Counted from the first letter of the stretch, positions 49,859 through 61,235 are shown. The stretch: DNA of 64,000 nucleotides from an uncultured Chloroflexia bacterium (GCA_963809375.1 CAWEJO010000002.1:31072-95071), one strand, 5' to 3'. The notes: generated by a model from the sequence alone, not told the origin. Program-made: numbers and translations.

Positions 49859-51242
49859 TCAAGTCTGCGCCAGCCCGTCGCGGGCGTCCAGCGCGGCCCG
49901 CACGCGGTCGAGGATCCGGTCGGCGACCTCGCGCTTGGGCAGGAGCGGCAGGGCCTCCTCGCCGCCGCCCGCGGCGAGAATCGTGACGCGGTTGGTCGGG
50001 GTGCCGAACCCCGAGCCCGCCTCCGCGACGTCGTTGGCGACGATGAAGTCGACGCGCTTGCGGGCCAGCTTGTCCGCCACCCGGGCGAGGCTCCCCGTCT
50101 CGGCGGCGAAGCCGACGAGGATCGGGGCCGGCGTGCGTGCCCGCGGGACGGGGGAGCCATCCTCAGCGACGCCCCGCACGCGCCGCCCGATCTCGGCGAG
50201 GATGTCGGGGTTGGCCACGAGCTCGAGGGTCAGCCCCGCGTCGGTTCGGGCGAGCTTGTGGCCGGCGGGCGCCGCCGGGCGGAAGTCGGCGACCGCAGCC
50301 GCCATGACGAGCGCGTCGAAGCCCGCGGCGAGCTGGTCGAGGAGCGCCGCCCGAATCTCGTCGGCGGTCTCGATCCGCACGATCGCCACGCCCTGGGGAA
50401 GCGCCACGCTGACGCTGCCCGCGATCAGCGTCACCCGGGCGCCCCGGTCGCGGGCCGCCTCCGCGATCGCCGCGCCCATGGTCCCGGTGCTCCGATTGCC
50501 GATGAACCGGACCGGGTCGATCGGCTCGATCGTTCCGCCGGCGGTGACCACGATGTGGCGGCCGACCAGGTCGTCGCCCGGCCGGCCGAGGCCGTCGCCC
50601 TCGGCACGCGAGAACGCCGGGGGCCGGTCGTCCGGGTTCGGCTTCCGAATGGGCCTGCCCGCGACCGCCGCGACCGCGGCGTCGACGATCGTGGGCAGCT
50701 CGGCCAGCCGGCCGATCCCGACCTGGCCGGACGCAAGCGCGCCGCTGTCGGGCTCGACGATCGCGTAGCCGAAGTCGTCGCGAAGGCGCCGGATGTTCGC
50801 CTGGGTCGCCGGATGGACGTACATGTCGCCGTCCATGGCGGGGGCGACGACCACCGGCGCGGACGTGGCAAGGCAGGTCGCGGTGAGCGTGTCGGCGGCA
50901 AGGCCGTTCGCCATCGCGCCGAGCCAGTGGGCGGTCGCCGGCGCGACGATGACGACGTCGGCCGCGTCCGCGGTGATGACGTGGCCGATCCGGCCGTCCG
51001 GCAGCAGGTCCAGGACGTCGGTGTCGACGGGGTGCCGGGAGAGCGCGGCGAGGGTGAGCGGCGCGACGAACCGCGTCGCCGAGGGCGTCATCAGGACCGA
51101 CGACGTCGGCGCCCTCGGCCTTGAGGAGGCGCAGGAGGTCGACGGCCTTGAAGGCCGCGATCGAGCCGGTGACGCCCAGGGCAACCAGGCGCCCGGCCAG
51201 CCGGCCGCCGGCGTCGGACCGGTCCGGACCCGTCGATGTCAT
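49859..51242 (-). CDS. coaBC: Bifunctional PPC decarboxylase/synthetase (frameshift at about 51098)
   Basis: GVTGSIAAFKA, APATA, PAMDGDMY, TAGGTIEPIDPVRFIGNRSTGTMG, AAVADF, GFAAET. Confidence 0.93.
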
Positions 51243-52081
51243 CGCTCCGCCTCGGGCCCCGCGACGGCCCGGTGGAACAGGGCCAGCCCACGCAGCGTGA
51301 GGAGCGGGTCGATCGCGTCGATCCCCTCGACGCTCCTCGCCCAGGGCTGGTTCGAGAGGCCGCCCGTGAGGATCGCCCGGATCTCATGCGGCCCGACGCC
51401 GGCAGATCGGGCGAGGTCGCGCCGGATGCGCCCGAGCAGTCCCTCGATCATTGCGCGGTGGCCGAGGACGGTGCCGGCCCGGATGGCGGCCGCGGTGTCG
51501 AGGCCGATCGAACGATCCTCGGTCCGGAGCTCCACCCGGGGCAGCGCGGCCGTCCGGGCGGCGAGCGCGTCGAGGCCGAGCTCGAGCCCCGGGGCGATCG
51601 CCCCGCCGACGAACGCGCCGTCGCGGTCGACGGCGTCGAACGTGGTGGCCGTCCCGCAGTCGACGACCACGGCGGGCGTCCCGTGGAGGTGTGCCGCGGC
51701 ATAGGCGTTGACCAGCCGATCCGGACCGACCTCGGCCGGGTGGTCGACGCGGACCGCCATCGGCAGGGTGCCGGCGGACGCGGTGACGCAGCGGACGCCC
51801 CGCCGCGCGGCGAGATCCTCGACGGCCGTCGTGAGCGACGGGACGGTGCTCGCCAGCGCGATCGCGCCGATGCTGCCCGTGGCGGAGGCAGGGCCCGCCG
51901 GCTCCGGCAGGCTGGGCGCGAGCGCGTACCCATCGAGCGCGAGCAGGCCGTCGAACAGCAGCTCCAGCTCGTCGCTCGTCGCGCCCCGATCGGTCCGTGC
52001 CCGGCGGGTCGCCACGAGGCCGCCATCGCGGGCGATCGCCAGCCCGATGTTCGAGTTCCCGATGTCGATCGCCAGCAGCAT
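51239..52081 (-). CDS. coaX: Type III pantothenate kinase
   Basis: LLAIDIGNSN, GPDRLVN, VDCGTATTFD, GGAIAPG, LTGG. Confidence 0.95.
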   Translation of the reverse strand: MLLAIDIGNSNIGLAIARDGGLVATRRARTDRGATSDELELLFDGLLALDGYALAPSLPEPAGPASATGSIGAIALASTVPSLTTAVEDLAARRGVRCVTASAGTLPMAVRVDHPAEVGPDRLVNAYAAAHLHGTPAVVVDCGTATTFDAVDRDGAFVGGAIAPGLELGLDALAARTAALPRVELRTEDRSIGLDTAAAIRAGTVLGHRAMIEGLLGRIRRDLARSAGVGPHEIRAILTGGLSNQPWARSVEGIDAIDPLLTLRGLALFHRAVAGPEAER

Positions 52082-52384
52082 GGCCCGATCATAGGCTGCG
52101 CCGGGGACCGTCGCGGGCAGGGTTGGCGTGCGACCGCTCGGCACGCCCACGTGCGCGGACCGTCGCCGCCCGGCGGCCCGGATCCGTGTCGCGTTCTCGG
52201 GCGGACCGCCGGCCCCGGCCGGGGTGCCACGCACAGGCAGGATTCCGAACCGAAACGCAACGGCACCCGCCCGCGGCTGCCGGCGTGCGCTAGGATTCAG
52301 CCGATCGCGGGCCGACGGACGGGGGTCGCATGCGCGACCGGGCGCGCGCCACGAACCGGCCTTCCACACGAGAGGAGTCCGCGG

Positions 52385-52816
52385 ATGACGCGCCCCGATC
52401 CCGTCAAGTTCTTCGTGAACAACGGCATCGTCTCGTCCCGCGCCGACGTCCACAACCTCCTGCGACCGCTCGTCAAGCAGGCCGTCGCGTACCACTACTT
52501 CCGGGGCCGTGACCTCGTGTCCTCGGGCACCGCGTGGGTCGAGAAGGTCGTGATCGACGAGCCCGAGACCTCGACGTACTTCACGCCGGTGTCGATCTGC
52601 CTCAACGTCGATTCGTTCGAGCACCTCGACTTCGAGACGCGGGCCGACCAGCTGATCGTGTACACCCTGGTCCAGGGCGACGAGCGGGTGGTGATGGAGT
52701 ACGCCCCGCTCGGCGAGGCGTCCGAGTCCGCCCATGCGCCGGGCCAGCTGGCGTTCGACACGAGCGGGTTCGTCCAGATGGAGCTCCTGGGACCCGAGGG
52801 CGACGAGCGCGCGTAG
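52385..52816 (+). CDS. Hypothetical protein
   Basis: GAGGAG SD; strong GC3 bias. Confidence 0.75.
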   Translation: MTRPDPVKFFVNNGIVSSRADVHNLLRPLVKQAVAYHYFRGRDLVSSGTAWVEKVVIDEPETSTYFTPVSICLNVDSFEHLDFETRADQLIVYTLVQGDERVVMEYAPLGEASESAHAPGQLAFDTSGFVQMELLGPEGDERA

Positions 52817-52821
52817 GCGGG

Positions 52822-52874
52822 CCGCGGCGACGAACCGCCGACCCTCGCGGCGGCGGCCCGCGGCGACGAACCGC
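52822..52874. repeat. 17-bp direct repeat between convergent genes
   Basis: ccgcggcgacgaaccgc at 52822 and 52858. Confidence 0.75.
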
Positions 52875-52876
52875 GC

Positions 52877-53845
52877 TCAGTGGCCGCGCTCGCCCCGGAC
52901 GTACGGCAGGCCGAGCGCCGCCGGCGCCCCGATCCGCTTGCGGACGGCCTCGCGCGAGCCGACGACGAGCACGAGGATCACCAGGATGTAGGGCGCCATC
53001 CCCAGGAAGAACGTCAGCGAGTGGACGTCGTGGAACGGGTTGGCCATCCCGAAGAGGGTGGGCGGGCCCTGGATGTCGAGGATCGAGCGACCGATCGCCC
53101 CGAAGAGCCATGCGCCGATGGCCGCCCGCAGGGGTGACCACTGGGCGAAGATCACCAGGCCGATCGCGATCCAGCCCCGGCCCCCGACGGTGAGGTCGGC
53201 GAACCACCCGGGCTGGATCGCCAGGGTGATCGTGGCGCCGGCAAGGCCGGCCAGCACGCCGCCGAGCAGGACGTACACGTAGCGCTGGCGATACACGTTG
53301 ACGCCCAGCGAATCGGCGGCCGACGGGTTCTCGCCGACCGCCCGCAGGTGGAGGCCCTGGCGGGTCCGGTTGATCCAGTACCAGGACGCCGGGATCAGCA
53401 GGTAGGCGAGGTAGACCAGGATGCTCTGGTCGCGGAAGAAGATCGGGCCGATCACCGGGATCTCCGAGAGGACCGGGATCGTGAGGTTCGGCAGCAGCGA
53501 CGTCGCGCCGGCCTTCGAGAGGCCTTCGCCGAGGACCCGCGCCAGGCCGGTCCCGAGCAGCGTCAGGGACAGGCCCGACACGATCTGGTCGGCCTGGAAG
53601 TGGATCGTCACGATTGCGTGGAGCAGGCTGAGCGCGGCCCCGGCGATCATCGCCAGCAGGACCCCGAGCCACGCGTTCCCGGTCGCGACGACGGTCGCGA
53701 AGCCGGCCACGGCGCCCATCAGCATCATGCCCTCGACGCCGAGGTTCACCACCCCGGCGCGCTCGGCGAAGATCTCGCCGAGCGCCGCGAAGAACAGGAC
53801 CGTGCCCGTCCCGACGCCGGCCGCGAGGATGACGATGGGATCCAT
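52877..53845 (-). CDS. Nucleoside/sugar ABC transporter permease 2
   Basis: ERAGVVNLGVEGMM, LRAVGENP, GRGWIAI, PAALGLPY. Confidence 0.92.
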   Translation of the reverse strand: MDPIVILAAGVGTGTVLFFAALGEIFAERAGVVNLGVEGMMLMGAVAGFATVVATGNAWLGVLLAMIAGAALSLLHAIVTIHFQADQIVSGLSLTLLGTGLARVLGEGLSKAGATSLLPNLTIPVLSEIPVIGPIFFRDQSILVYLAYLLIPASWYWINRTRQGLHLRAVGENPSAADSLGVNVYRQRYVYVLLGGVLAGLAGATITLAIQPGWFADLTVGGRGWIAIGLVIFAQWSPLRAAIGAWLFGAIGRSILDIQGPPTLFGMANPFHDVHSLTFFLGMAPYILVILVLVVGSREAVRKRIGAPAALGLPYVRGERGH

Positions 53846-53847
53846 GC

Positions 53848-54966
53848 TCAGGCTCCCCGGCGCAGGCTGATCCGGTATCGGACGAGGACGTCGCTCGCGA
53901 TCACGCAGAACAGGACGATGCCCTGGATCATCGCCGGGATCCCGGACGGCTGGATCTCGCGCCCGGCCAGGATCAGGGCCCCGAAGAGGATCGACGCGAC
54001 GACGACGCCGAGCGGCTGGAAGCGGGCGAGGTAGGCGATGATGATCGCCGTGAACCCGTAGCCCGGCGAGAAGTTGTCCTGGAGGCGATGGACCACGCCG
54101 GACACTTCGCTCATGCCGGCGAGGCCGGCGAGGCCGCCCGAGACCACGAAGACCAGGATGATGTTGCGGCCGGATGTTGACCCCGGCGTACCGGGCGGCC
54201 TGCGGGCTGTCGCCGACGAGCCGGATCACGTAGCCCCAGCGGGCTCCGGGCGAGGACGAACCACAGGATCCCGGCGGCGACGACCGCGACGACGAGGCCG
54301 AGGTGGACGGTCAGGCCGCCGAACGCCGGCACGGCCGTGGCGAAGTCGGTGAGGCGGGGGAGCCAGGCCTCCCTGGGGAACTGGTGGGTCATCTGGAAGC
54401 CGCCCTCGCTCCACGGCCCGAAGACCCAGTACTGGATCCAGAGCAGGGCGACGTAGTTGAGCATCAGGGTGACGATGATCTCGTTGACCCCCAGGAACGC
54501 CTTGAGGGCGCCCGGGATGAGGCCCCAGAGCGGCACCGCCCGCGAACCCCGCGACCATCATCGCCGGGAGCAGGATCAGCGCGGGGGTGCCGGCGGGCAG
54601 CAGCGGCGCGAGGACGACCGCGCTGGCGGCCCAGGCGCCCATCAGGAGCTGACCCTCGGCCCCGATGTTCCAGAGGCGCATCCGGAACGCGAGCGCACAG
54701 GCCAGCCCGGTCAGGATCAGGGGCGTCGCCTTCACGAGCGTGTCCGAGATGACCCCGATGCTGCCGAACGCCGCGTTGAAGATGTGGGCGTACGAGCGGA
54801 TCGGGTCGCCGCCGACCGCCGCGATGATGAGCCCGCTGATGACGAGGGCGACGAGGACCGCGACCAGCGAGATCAGCGGGGTCCAGGCGGGCGGCTCGAG
54901 CCGGCGCTCGAGTCGCAGCGACCAGCGCCGGCCCCCGGCAGCGGACGGGGCGGCACCCGCGCTCAC
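53848..54966 (-). CDS. Nucleoside/sugar ABC transporter permease 1 (frameshifted)
   Basis: KATPLILTGL, WNIGAEGQ, NEIIVTLMLNY, GYGFTAI across frames. Confidence 0.85.
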
Positions 54967-56676
54967 GGAACCGGGCCCTGCTGGTCGGTCGGCGGCGAGG
55001 CCGGGGCGGGCGCCGGGGGCGGAGCGACCGCCGCGGCCGGGGCGGGCGCCGGTGCCGCGACGCGCCCGGCGCCGGGGCGCCGCCGCCGTGCCGCCTGCCC
55101 CCGCGGGCTCCCACTCGCCGCCGGTCATCATGATCCCCAGCCCGTTGACGTCCACCACCGCGGCGTCGAACGGGCCGTGGAGGCGGCCCTCGTACATCAC
55201 CGCCACCCGGTCGGCCAGCGCGAGGATCTCGTCGAGGTCCTCGGACACGAGCACCGTCGCGCAGCCGCTGTCGCGCCGCGCGAGCAGGAGCCGGTGGACA
55301 GCCTCGATCGCGCCGACGTCGAGGCCGCGGGTCGGCTGGACTGCGACCATCAGGCGCGGCTGCAGGTCGATCTCGCGGGCGAGGATCAGCCGCTGGAGGT
55401 TGCCGCCCGACAGGAGGCGGACAGCCGTGTCCACGGACGGCGTGCTGATCTGGTACTCCACGCGCAGGCCCTCGGCGACCTTGTGCGCGGCCGTGGTGTC
55501 GATCACCCAGCCGTGGCCGACCGGGGCGGACCGGTAGCGCTTCATGATCAGGTTGTCCGTCACGGACAGGTTGGGGGCGCTGCCGACCCCGGTCCGGTCC
55601 TCCGGGACATGGGCCACGCCGCGCCGGATCACGTCCGCCGCCGACTTCGAGGGCGACTCCTCGCCGGCCACCGAGATCAGGCCACGATGCGGTCGCAGCC
55701 CCGTGATCACCTGGGCTAGCTCGCTCTGGCCGTTGCCGGCGACCCCGGCGATGCCCACGATCTCGCCGGCGCGCACGTCGAGCGAGACGTCGCGCAGGGC
55801 CGGGAGGCCACGATCGTTCTCGGCGCCGACGCCGCGCAGCGACAGCAGGACGGCGCCCGGGTTCGCCCGGGGTCCGTTCGACGACGTCGAGCACGGACCG
55901 GCCGACCATCAGGCGGGCGAGGTCGGGCTTCGTCGTCGAGGCCGCGGGAATGCCCGCCGCGGTCACCGCGCCCCGGCGCATGACCGTGATCCGGTCGGCG
56001 ATCGCGACGACCTCGGCGAGCTTGTGGCTGATGAAGACGATCGAGTGGCCGCCGGGCCGTCATCGCCCGCAGCGTCCGGAAGAGCTCTTCCACCTCCTGG
56101 GGCGCAAGGACGGCGGTCGGCTCGTCCATGATCAGGATCCGCACGCCGCGGTAGAGCATCTTCAGGATCTCGACGCGCTGCTGCTCGCCGACCGACAGCT
56201 GCCAGATCTTGGCCCGCGGATCGACGTGCAGGCCGAACGTCTCGCCGAGCGCCGCGATCTCGCCATCGAAGCGGTCGAGGTGCAGCCGGAAGCGCGGCCG
56301 GCGAGGCCCAGGAGGATGTTCTCGGTGACGGTCTGGGAGGGCACCAGGGTGAAGTGCTGGTGCACCATCCCGAGGCCGGCCGAGATCGCGTCGCGCGGGG
56401 AGTGGAAGTCGACGGGCGATGCCCTCGACCCGGATCGCTCCCTCGTCGGGCCGGTAGAGGCCCGCCAGGACGTTCATGAGCGTGCTCTTGCCGGCGCCGT
56501 TCTCGCCGAGCAGGGCGTGGACCTCGCCGGCCCGCAGGTCGAAGTCGACCCGGTCGTTGGCGAGCGACGCCCGGGAACCGCTTGACGATCCCGCGCATCT
56601 CCACGGCGAGCGGGGACGCTGCGGCGAGGCCCGCGGGGGCCGGTTGCTGCGAGGCGGCGACGGAGGGTTCGGTCAC
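54963..56676 (-). CDS. Nucleoside/sugar ABC transporter double ATPase (several frameshifts; 3' end approximate)
   Basis: [51 protein letters not shown]. Confidence 0.85.
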
Positions 56677-56728
56677 GGGAATCGCGGGGCCCGCGGCGGC
56701 TGCCGCGGGCCCCGTTCGAACGAGGCGC

Positions 56729-58036
56729 CTACTGGGTGGGGATGGTGGCGTTGACGCCGTCGGCCCACCAGTGCATGCAGACCGTGCACTCGGCGCCGGG
56801 GGCCGGGCGGGAACTGGTCGAGGTCGGCCTGCTCCAGCTTCTGGCCCGCGGCGAGGATCTCCTTGCCGGTGTTGTCCTTGATCGGACCGGCGAAGACGAT
56901 GTCGAAGCGGGTGGTCTTGCCCGTGTCGGGCGCAGCATCTTGGCCAGGGTGTCCTTGACCAGCTGGACGTCGGCGGCCGGCAGGTCCTTGATGCCCGGCT
57001 GGGGCGTCTGGCCTTCCATGAACCCGAACAGCCCGAGGGCCTGGTGTCGGCGTCGAAGTACTCGTAGCCGGCCTTGTAGGTCTTGGCCTGCGACCTGCGT
57101 CGGCGATGTTCGCGTAGGCGGGGCCCCAGATCCAGTAGATCGTGGTCAGGCAGTGGTCCACCTTGCACGAGCTGTAGTGGTCGTAGGTGATGCCCCACTT
57201 GCCCTTGGCCTGGGCGACGTCGGCGACGGCGGGCGTGTCGGCGCCGGTCAGGACGACGTCGGCGCCGGCGTCGAACAGCGACGCGGCGGCGTCCTTCTCC
57301 TTGACCGGGTCATGCCAGGTGTTGATCCAGCGCACGTCCATCGTGCACTCGGGGCAGGTCTTCTTGGCGCCCAGCATGAAGGCGTTGCCGAGGCGGAGCT
57401 CCTCCGGGATCGGGAACGTGGCCATGTAGCCGAGCTTGGGCGTCTTGTCGACCTTGGCCCGCGACCCGGCCAGCATGCCGGCCAGGTACTTCATGTCCTC
57501 CATGGCGCCCATCAGGTTGCCGAAGTTCTTGCCGTTCGACTTGTAGCCCGTGAGGTGGAGGAACGTCTGGTTCGGGAAGTCCGTCGCGACCGTCGCCATC
57601 GGGTCCATGTAGCCGAAGCTCGTCCCGATGATGAGGTCGAAGCCCTTGCGCGCGAGGCTGCGGAACACCTGCTCGGAGTCGGCGCCCTCGGGGACGTTCT
57701 CGATGTAGGCGACGTGCGTGTTCGGCCACGTGCTGGCAGACGTAGAGCAGGCCGTCGTAGTGGGCCTGGCTCCAGCCGCCGTCGTCGTGCGGCCCGATCA
57801 GGACCATCGCCGACGTTGAACTTCCCGGCCACGACGTCCGGGATCTGGAGGCCGCCGCTCGCGGCGCCGGCCTGGCACTCGGCGGCGGCCGGCGTCCCGC
57901 CGGGCGTCGCGGCCGGAGCCGGTGTCGCGGCCGGTGCGGGCGTCGCCGGTGCCGGCGTTGCCGCGCCCCCGCATGCGCTGGCGACCATCGCGAGCGATGC
58001 GAGCAGCGCCATGAACGATCGGTGTCGCGTCGTCAT
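56729..58036 (-). CDS. BMP family ABC substrate-binding lipoprotein (frameshifted)
   Basis: Lipobox ASA-C; GPHDDGGWSQAH, IGTSFGYMD, NTWHDPVKE; AGGAGG SD. Confidence 0.88.
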
Positions 58037-58257
58037 GCTTACTCCTCCTGCCGGTCCGGATGGCGAGGGGGCCCTGCGAACCGTCCCGATCCGCGGGGCT
58101 GCAACCACCCGGCCGCCGTCCTTTTCCGCGGCAAGGATACGTCCCGGAGGAGGTCGCCGCGAGCCCTCTCCGCGCGCCCGCGGACGACTGCCGGGCGCCC
58201 CGCCGGCCGCGGCACGGACCCGGGCCGGGCGGTCCGCTTTCGGGTAGGCTTTCCGCG

Positions 58258-59706
58258 ATGTTCGAGCGAACGGTGCTGCCCGACGGGCCTCGCGTCATCA
58301 CGGCGCGACTCCCCGGATCACGGTCCGTCACGATCGAGGCGCACGTGCTCGCGGGCTCCCGCCACGAAGCGCCCGACCAGGCGGGGTGTGCCCATTTCAT
58401 GGAGCACATCACGTTCAAGGGAACGCGCGACTACCCGTCGACGCGCGCGATCTCCGAGGCCGTCGAAGGCCTCGGCGGCTCGTTCAACGCGTCGACCGAC
58501 CGCGAGTCGACGGTCTACTACGTGCGCGTCCCGGCCCGCCACGCCGCGGTCGCGATGCACGTCCTCGGCGAGCTGATCGTCCGGCCGCGGCTCGATGAGC
58601 ACGAGATCAACAGCGAGCGCGACGTGATCGTCGAGGAGATCCGCTCGTACCTCGACGATCCCTCCGAGCACGTCAACGTGCTGTTCGATCTCGCCATGTT
58701 CGGCGACACGCCTCTGGGGCGGGAGATCGCAGGCTCGGAGGAGAGCGTCCGGGCGCTGCCCGCGGCGGCGATCCACGGCTTCTGGGAGACCCACTACCGT
58801 CCCGCCAACGTGGTCGTGGCCGCATCCGGCGATCTCGGCGCACGATCGGTTCGTCGAGCTCGCCGCCGCATCGTTCGGCACGGGCTCCTGCCAGGCGCCC
58901 GGGTACGCGCCGGCGCCCGGCCTGCCGGCCGGCGAGCGCGTGCGGCGCGCCACCCGCTCGACCACCCAGGCCCAGTTCGTGCTCGGCGTGCCCGGCCTCC
59001 GGCGCGACCATCCGGACCAGTGGATCCTCTCGGTGCTGAACGCGGTCCTCGGCGACGGCATGTCGAGCCGCCTCTTCCTGGAGGTCCGCGAGGAGCGGGG
59101 CCTTGCCTACGACGTCGGCTCGTCGATCGTGAGCTACGCCGATGCCGGCGGGGTGTCGGTCTACGCGGGCGTCGACCCCGCCAAGCTTCGCCCGACGATC
59201 GCCGCGGTGCTCGCGGAGCTGGCGCGCCTGCGCGACGAGGAGGTGCCGCCGGCCGAGCTCGTCAAGGTCAAGGCGTACCTCGCGGGCCGGCTCGAGCTGC
59301 GGCTCGACGAGACGCGCTACCTCGCGTCGTGGGTCGGCACCCAGGAGGCGCTCCACGATCGGGTGATGACCCCGGACGAGGCGCTCGCCGAGATCGACAA
59401 GGTCAGCGCGACGCAGGTCCAGGAGCTGGCCGGGCGGCTCTTCTGCGACGACGCGCTGCGGCTCGCCGTGGTGGCATCGGCCGGGCGCGGGCGCGGCCTC
59501 GAGCCCACGCTGCGCCTGCCGCCATCCGCACGCGACGGGGTCGTGGCGGCCAGCCGAGCGCCACGGGCGTCGCGGTCGCGGTCGGCGTCCGGCCGATCGG
59601 CGCCCCTCGAGCGCCCGCCGCCGCCATCGGCACGGGGAGTGCGACCGGGGTCGAGCCCGTCGCCGCGGCCGCGCTGGCCGCCGCCTCCCACGAGGGCGCC
59701 CCGTGA
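58258..59706 (+). CDS. M16 (pitrilysin) family peptidase (frameshifts at about 58845 and 59550)
   Basis: HXXEH as [12 protein letters not shown]; NASTDRE; [21 protein letters not shown]. Confidence 0.9.
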   Translation: MFERTVLPDGPRVITARLPGSRSVTIEAHVLAGSRHEAPDQAGCAHFMEHITFKGTRDYPSTRAISEAVEGLGGSFNASTDRESTVYYVRVPARHAAVAMHVLGELIVRPRLDEHEINSERDVIVEEIRSYLDDPSEHVNVLFDLAMFGDTPLGREIAGSEESVRALPAAAIHGFWETHYRPANVVVAASGDLGARSVRRARRRIVRHGLLPGARVRAGARPAGRRARAARHPLDHPGPVRARRARPPARPSGPVDPLGAERGPRRRHVEPPLPGGPRGAGPCLRRRLVDRELRRCRRGVGLRGRRPRQASPDDRRGARGAGAPARRGGAAGRARQGQGVPRGPARAAARRDALPRVVGRHPGGAPRSGDDPGRGARRDRQGQRDAGPGAGRAALLRRRAAARRGGIGRARARPRAHAAPAAIRTRRGRGGQPSATGVAVAVGVRPIGAPRAPAAAIGTGSATGVEPVAAAALAAASHEGAP

Positions 59707-60780
59707 CGGTCGGCGACCGGACCGCCGGGCGGGTCGACGCGCTGCGCCTCGCCGGTCTCCACGTCCGGACCGGCGCCTACCGCCTGGCCCGCGTCGAGCT
59801 CGAGGAGATGGCCGGGCGGGACGCCCTCGACGCGCCAGCCATCCTCGACCTCGCGGAGGTCCGCTGGCGCACCGGCGACCTGCGCGGAGCAGCCGCGGCC
59901 GCGCTCGCCTGGCTGGCGACCGAGGACGCGGGCGACACGTCCGGCCGGGCGCGCGCCATCGCGCACGCGATCGTCGCGGAGAGCGCCTTCGTGCGCGGCC
60001 GCGACGACGACCTCGCCGAGCATTTCCGGGCCACGCTGCTGGCCCTCGGCGCGCCGGAGGCTGCGATCCCGCCGGTCGCCCCGATCGAGGGCGGGCTCGG
60101 GTCCTCGTTGGGCGCAGCGACCGCCGGCCAGGCCGAGCCCGTTACGCCGGTCGATCCCGGAGGCGCCCCCGACGGTCCGCCCGCGATCGCCGGCCCGACG
60201 GCCGTGGCGCCGTTGCCGTCCGCGGTGGAACGCGATCTCGATGCCCTGTTTGCGGGCATCCCACCGCGCGCCGACGCGTGGCCCGCGTTCGGGCCAGGGC
60301 GGTGCCGGCCGGGACGAGCCGGAGCCGGGGAGCGGCGCCGTCGACGCGACGGTCGCCTCGTTCTTCGAGCCTGCCGCCCGGGCCCAGCTCCTCGCGGCGG
60401 CCGACGCACGCCGGCGCGCCGGCCAGCTGCCCGCGGCGGCGGAGATCCTGGCCCTCGCGCTGCGCGACGAGGATGCGTCGGCGGTCGAGATCCTCGCCGT
60501 CGCCGAGGCCGGGCTCCGCGACGCGGACCGGGCAGGTGCGGCCTCGTGGGCCCGGCTCGGCCTCGTGCTGGTCCGGGCCGATGCGCTGCACGTGCTCGGT
60601 CGCCACGACGAGGCCGCGATGGCCTATGCCGCTGCCCGCCGCCTCGCCCTGGCGGACCTCGTTCCCGTGGGCGGCTCGATGCCGCTGCCGGGTCCCGACC
60701 GCTGCATCGGCGCCGGGCTCGAGCCGGCCATCGACCCCCTCTTCGCCTGCCCAATCCCATCCGACCGGAGGATCCCGTGA
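59703..60780 (+). CDS. Hypothetical TPR-like helical protein (frameshift at about 60300)
   Basis: [19 protein letters not shown] and [21 protein letters not shown]-like helices; GTGA overlaps at both ends. Confidence 0.55.
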
Positions 60781-61235
60781 CCGAGCGCTCCCTCGTCCTG
60801 ATCAAGCCCGACGGCGTCCAGCGCCTCCTCGTGGGCCGGATCATCGCCCGCTTCGAGGACAAGGGCCTCAAGCTGACCGGGCTCAAGCTCGTCCAGGTCT
60901 CACGGGCGCTCGCCGAGGAGCACTACGCGGTCCACCGCGAGCGGCCGTTCTTCGCCGGGCTCGTCGACTTCATCACCTCCAGCCCGCTCGTCGCGATGGC
61001 CGTCGAAGGCCCGAACGCGATCTCCGTGGTCCGCTCGATGGTCGGGGCGACGAAGCCGTGGGAGGCTGCCGCCGGCACGATCCGCGGCGACTTCGGGGTG
61101 GTCGTGGCCCAGAACCTGATCCACGCGTCGGACGGCCCCGAGACCGCGCAGACCGAGCTCGCCCTGTGGTTCCCCGAGGGCACGCTGGCGTATCCGCGCG
61201 ACGTGGACCGCTGGGTGCTCTCGCCGGGCGACTGA
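60777..61235 (+). CDS. ndk: Nucleoside-diphosphate kinase
   Basis: [28 protein letters not shown]; GGAGG SD. Confidence 0.97.
   Translation: MTERSLVLIKPDGVQRLLVGRIIARFEDKGLKLTGLKLVQVSRALAEEHYAVHRERPFFAGLVDFITSSPLVAMAVEGPNAISVVRSMVGATKPWEAAAGTIRGDFGVVVAQNLIHASDGPETAQTELALWFPEGTLAYPRDVDRWVLSPGD

Noticed and set aside
58040-58140. Purine riboswitch upstream of the BMP nucleoside importer
   Set aside because: No purine-aptamer consensus recognisable in the roughly 95-nt leader
59703-61235. 510-aa TPR-Ndk fusion ORF
   Set aside because: ndk has its own GGAGG SD and GTG at 60777; the fusion results from an indel near 60300
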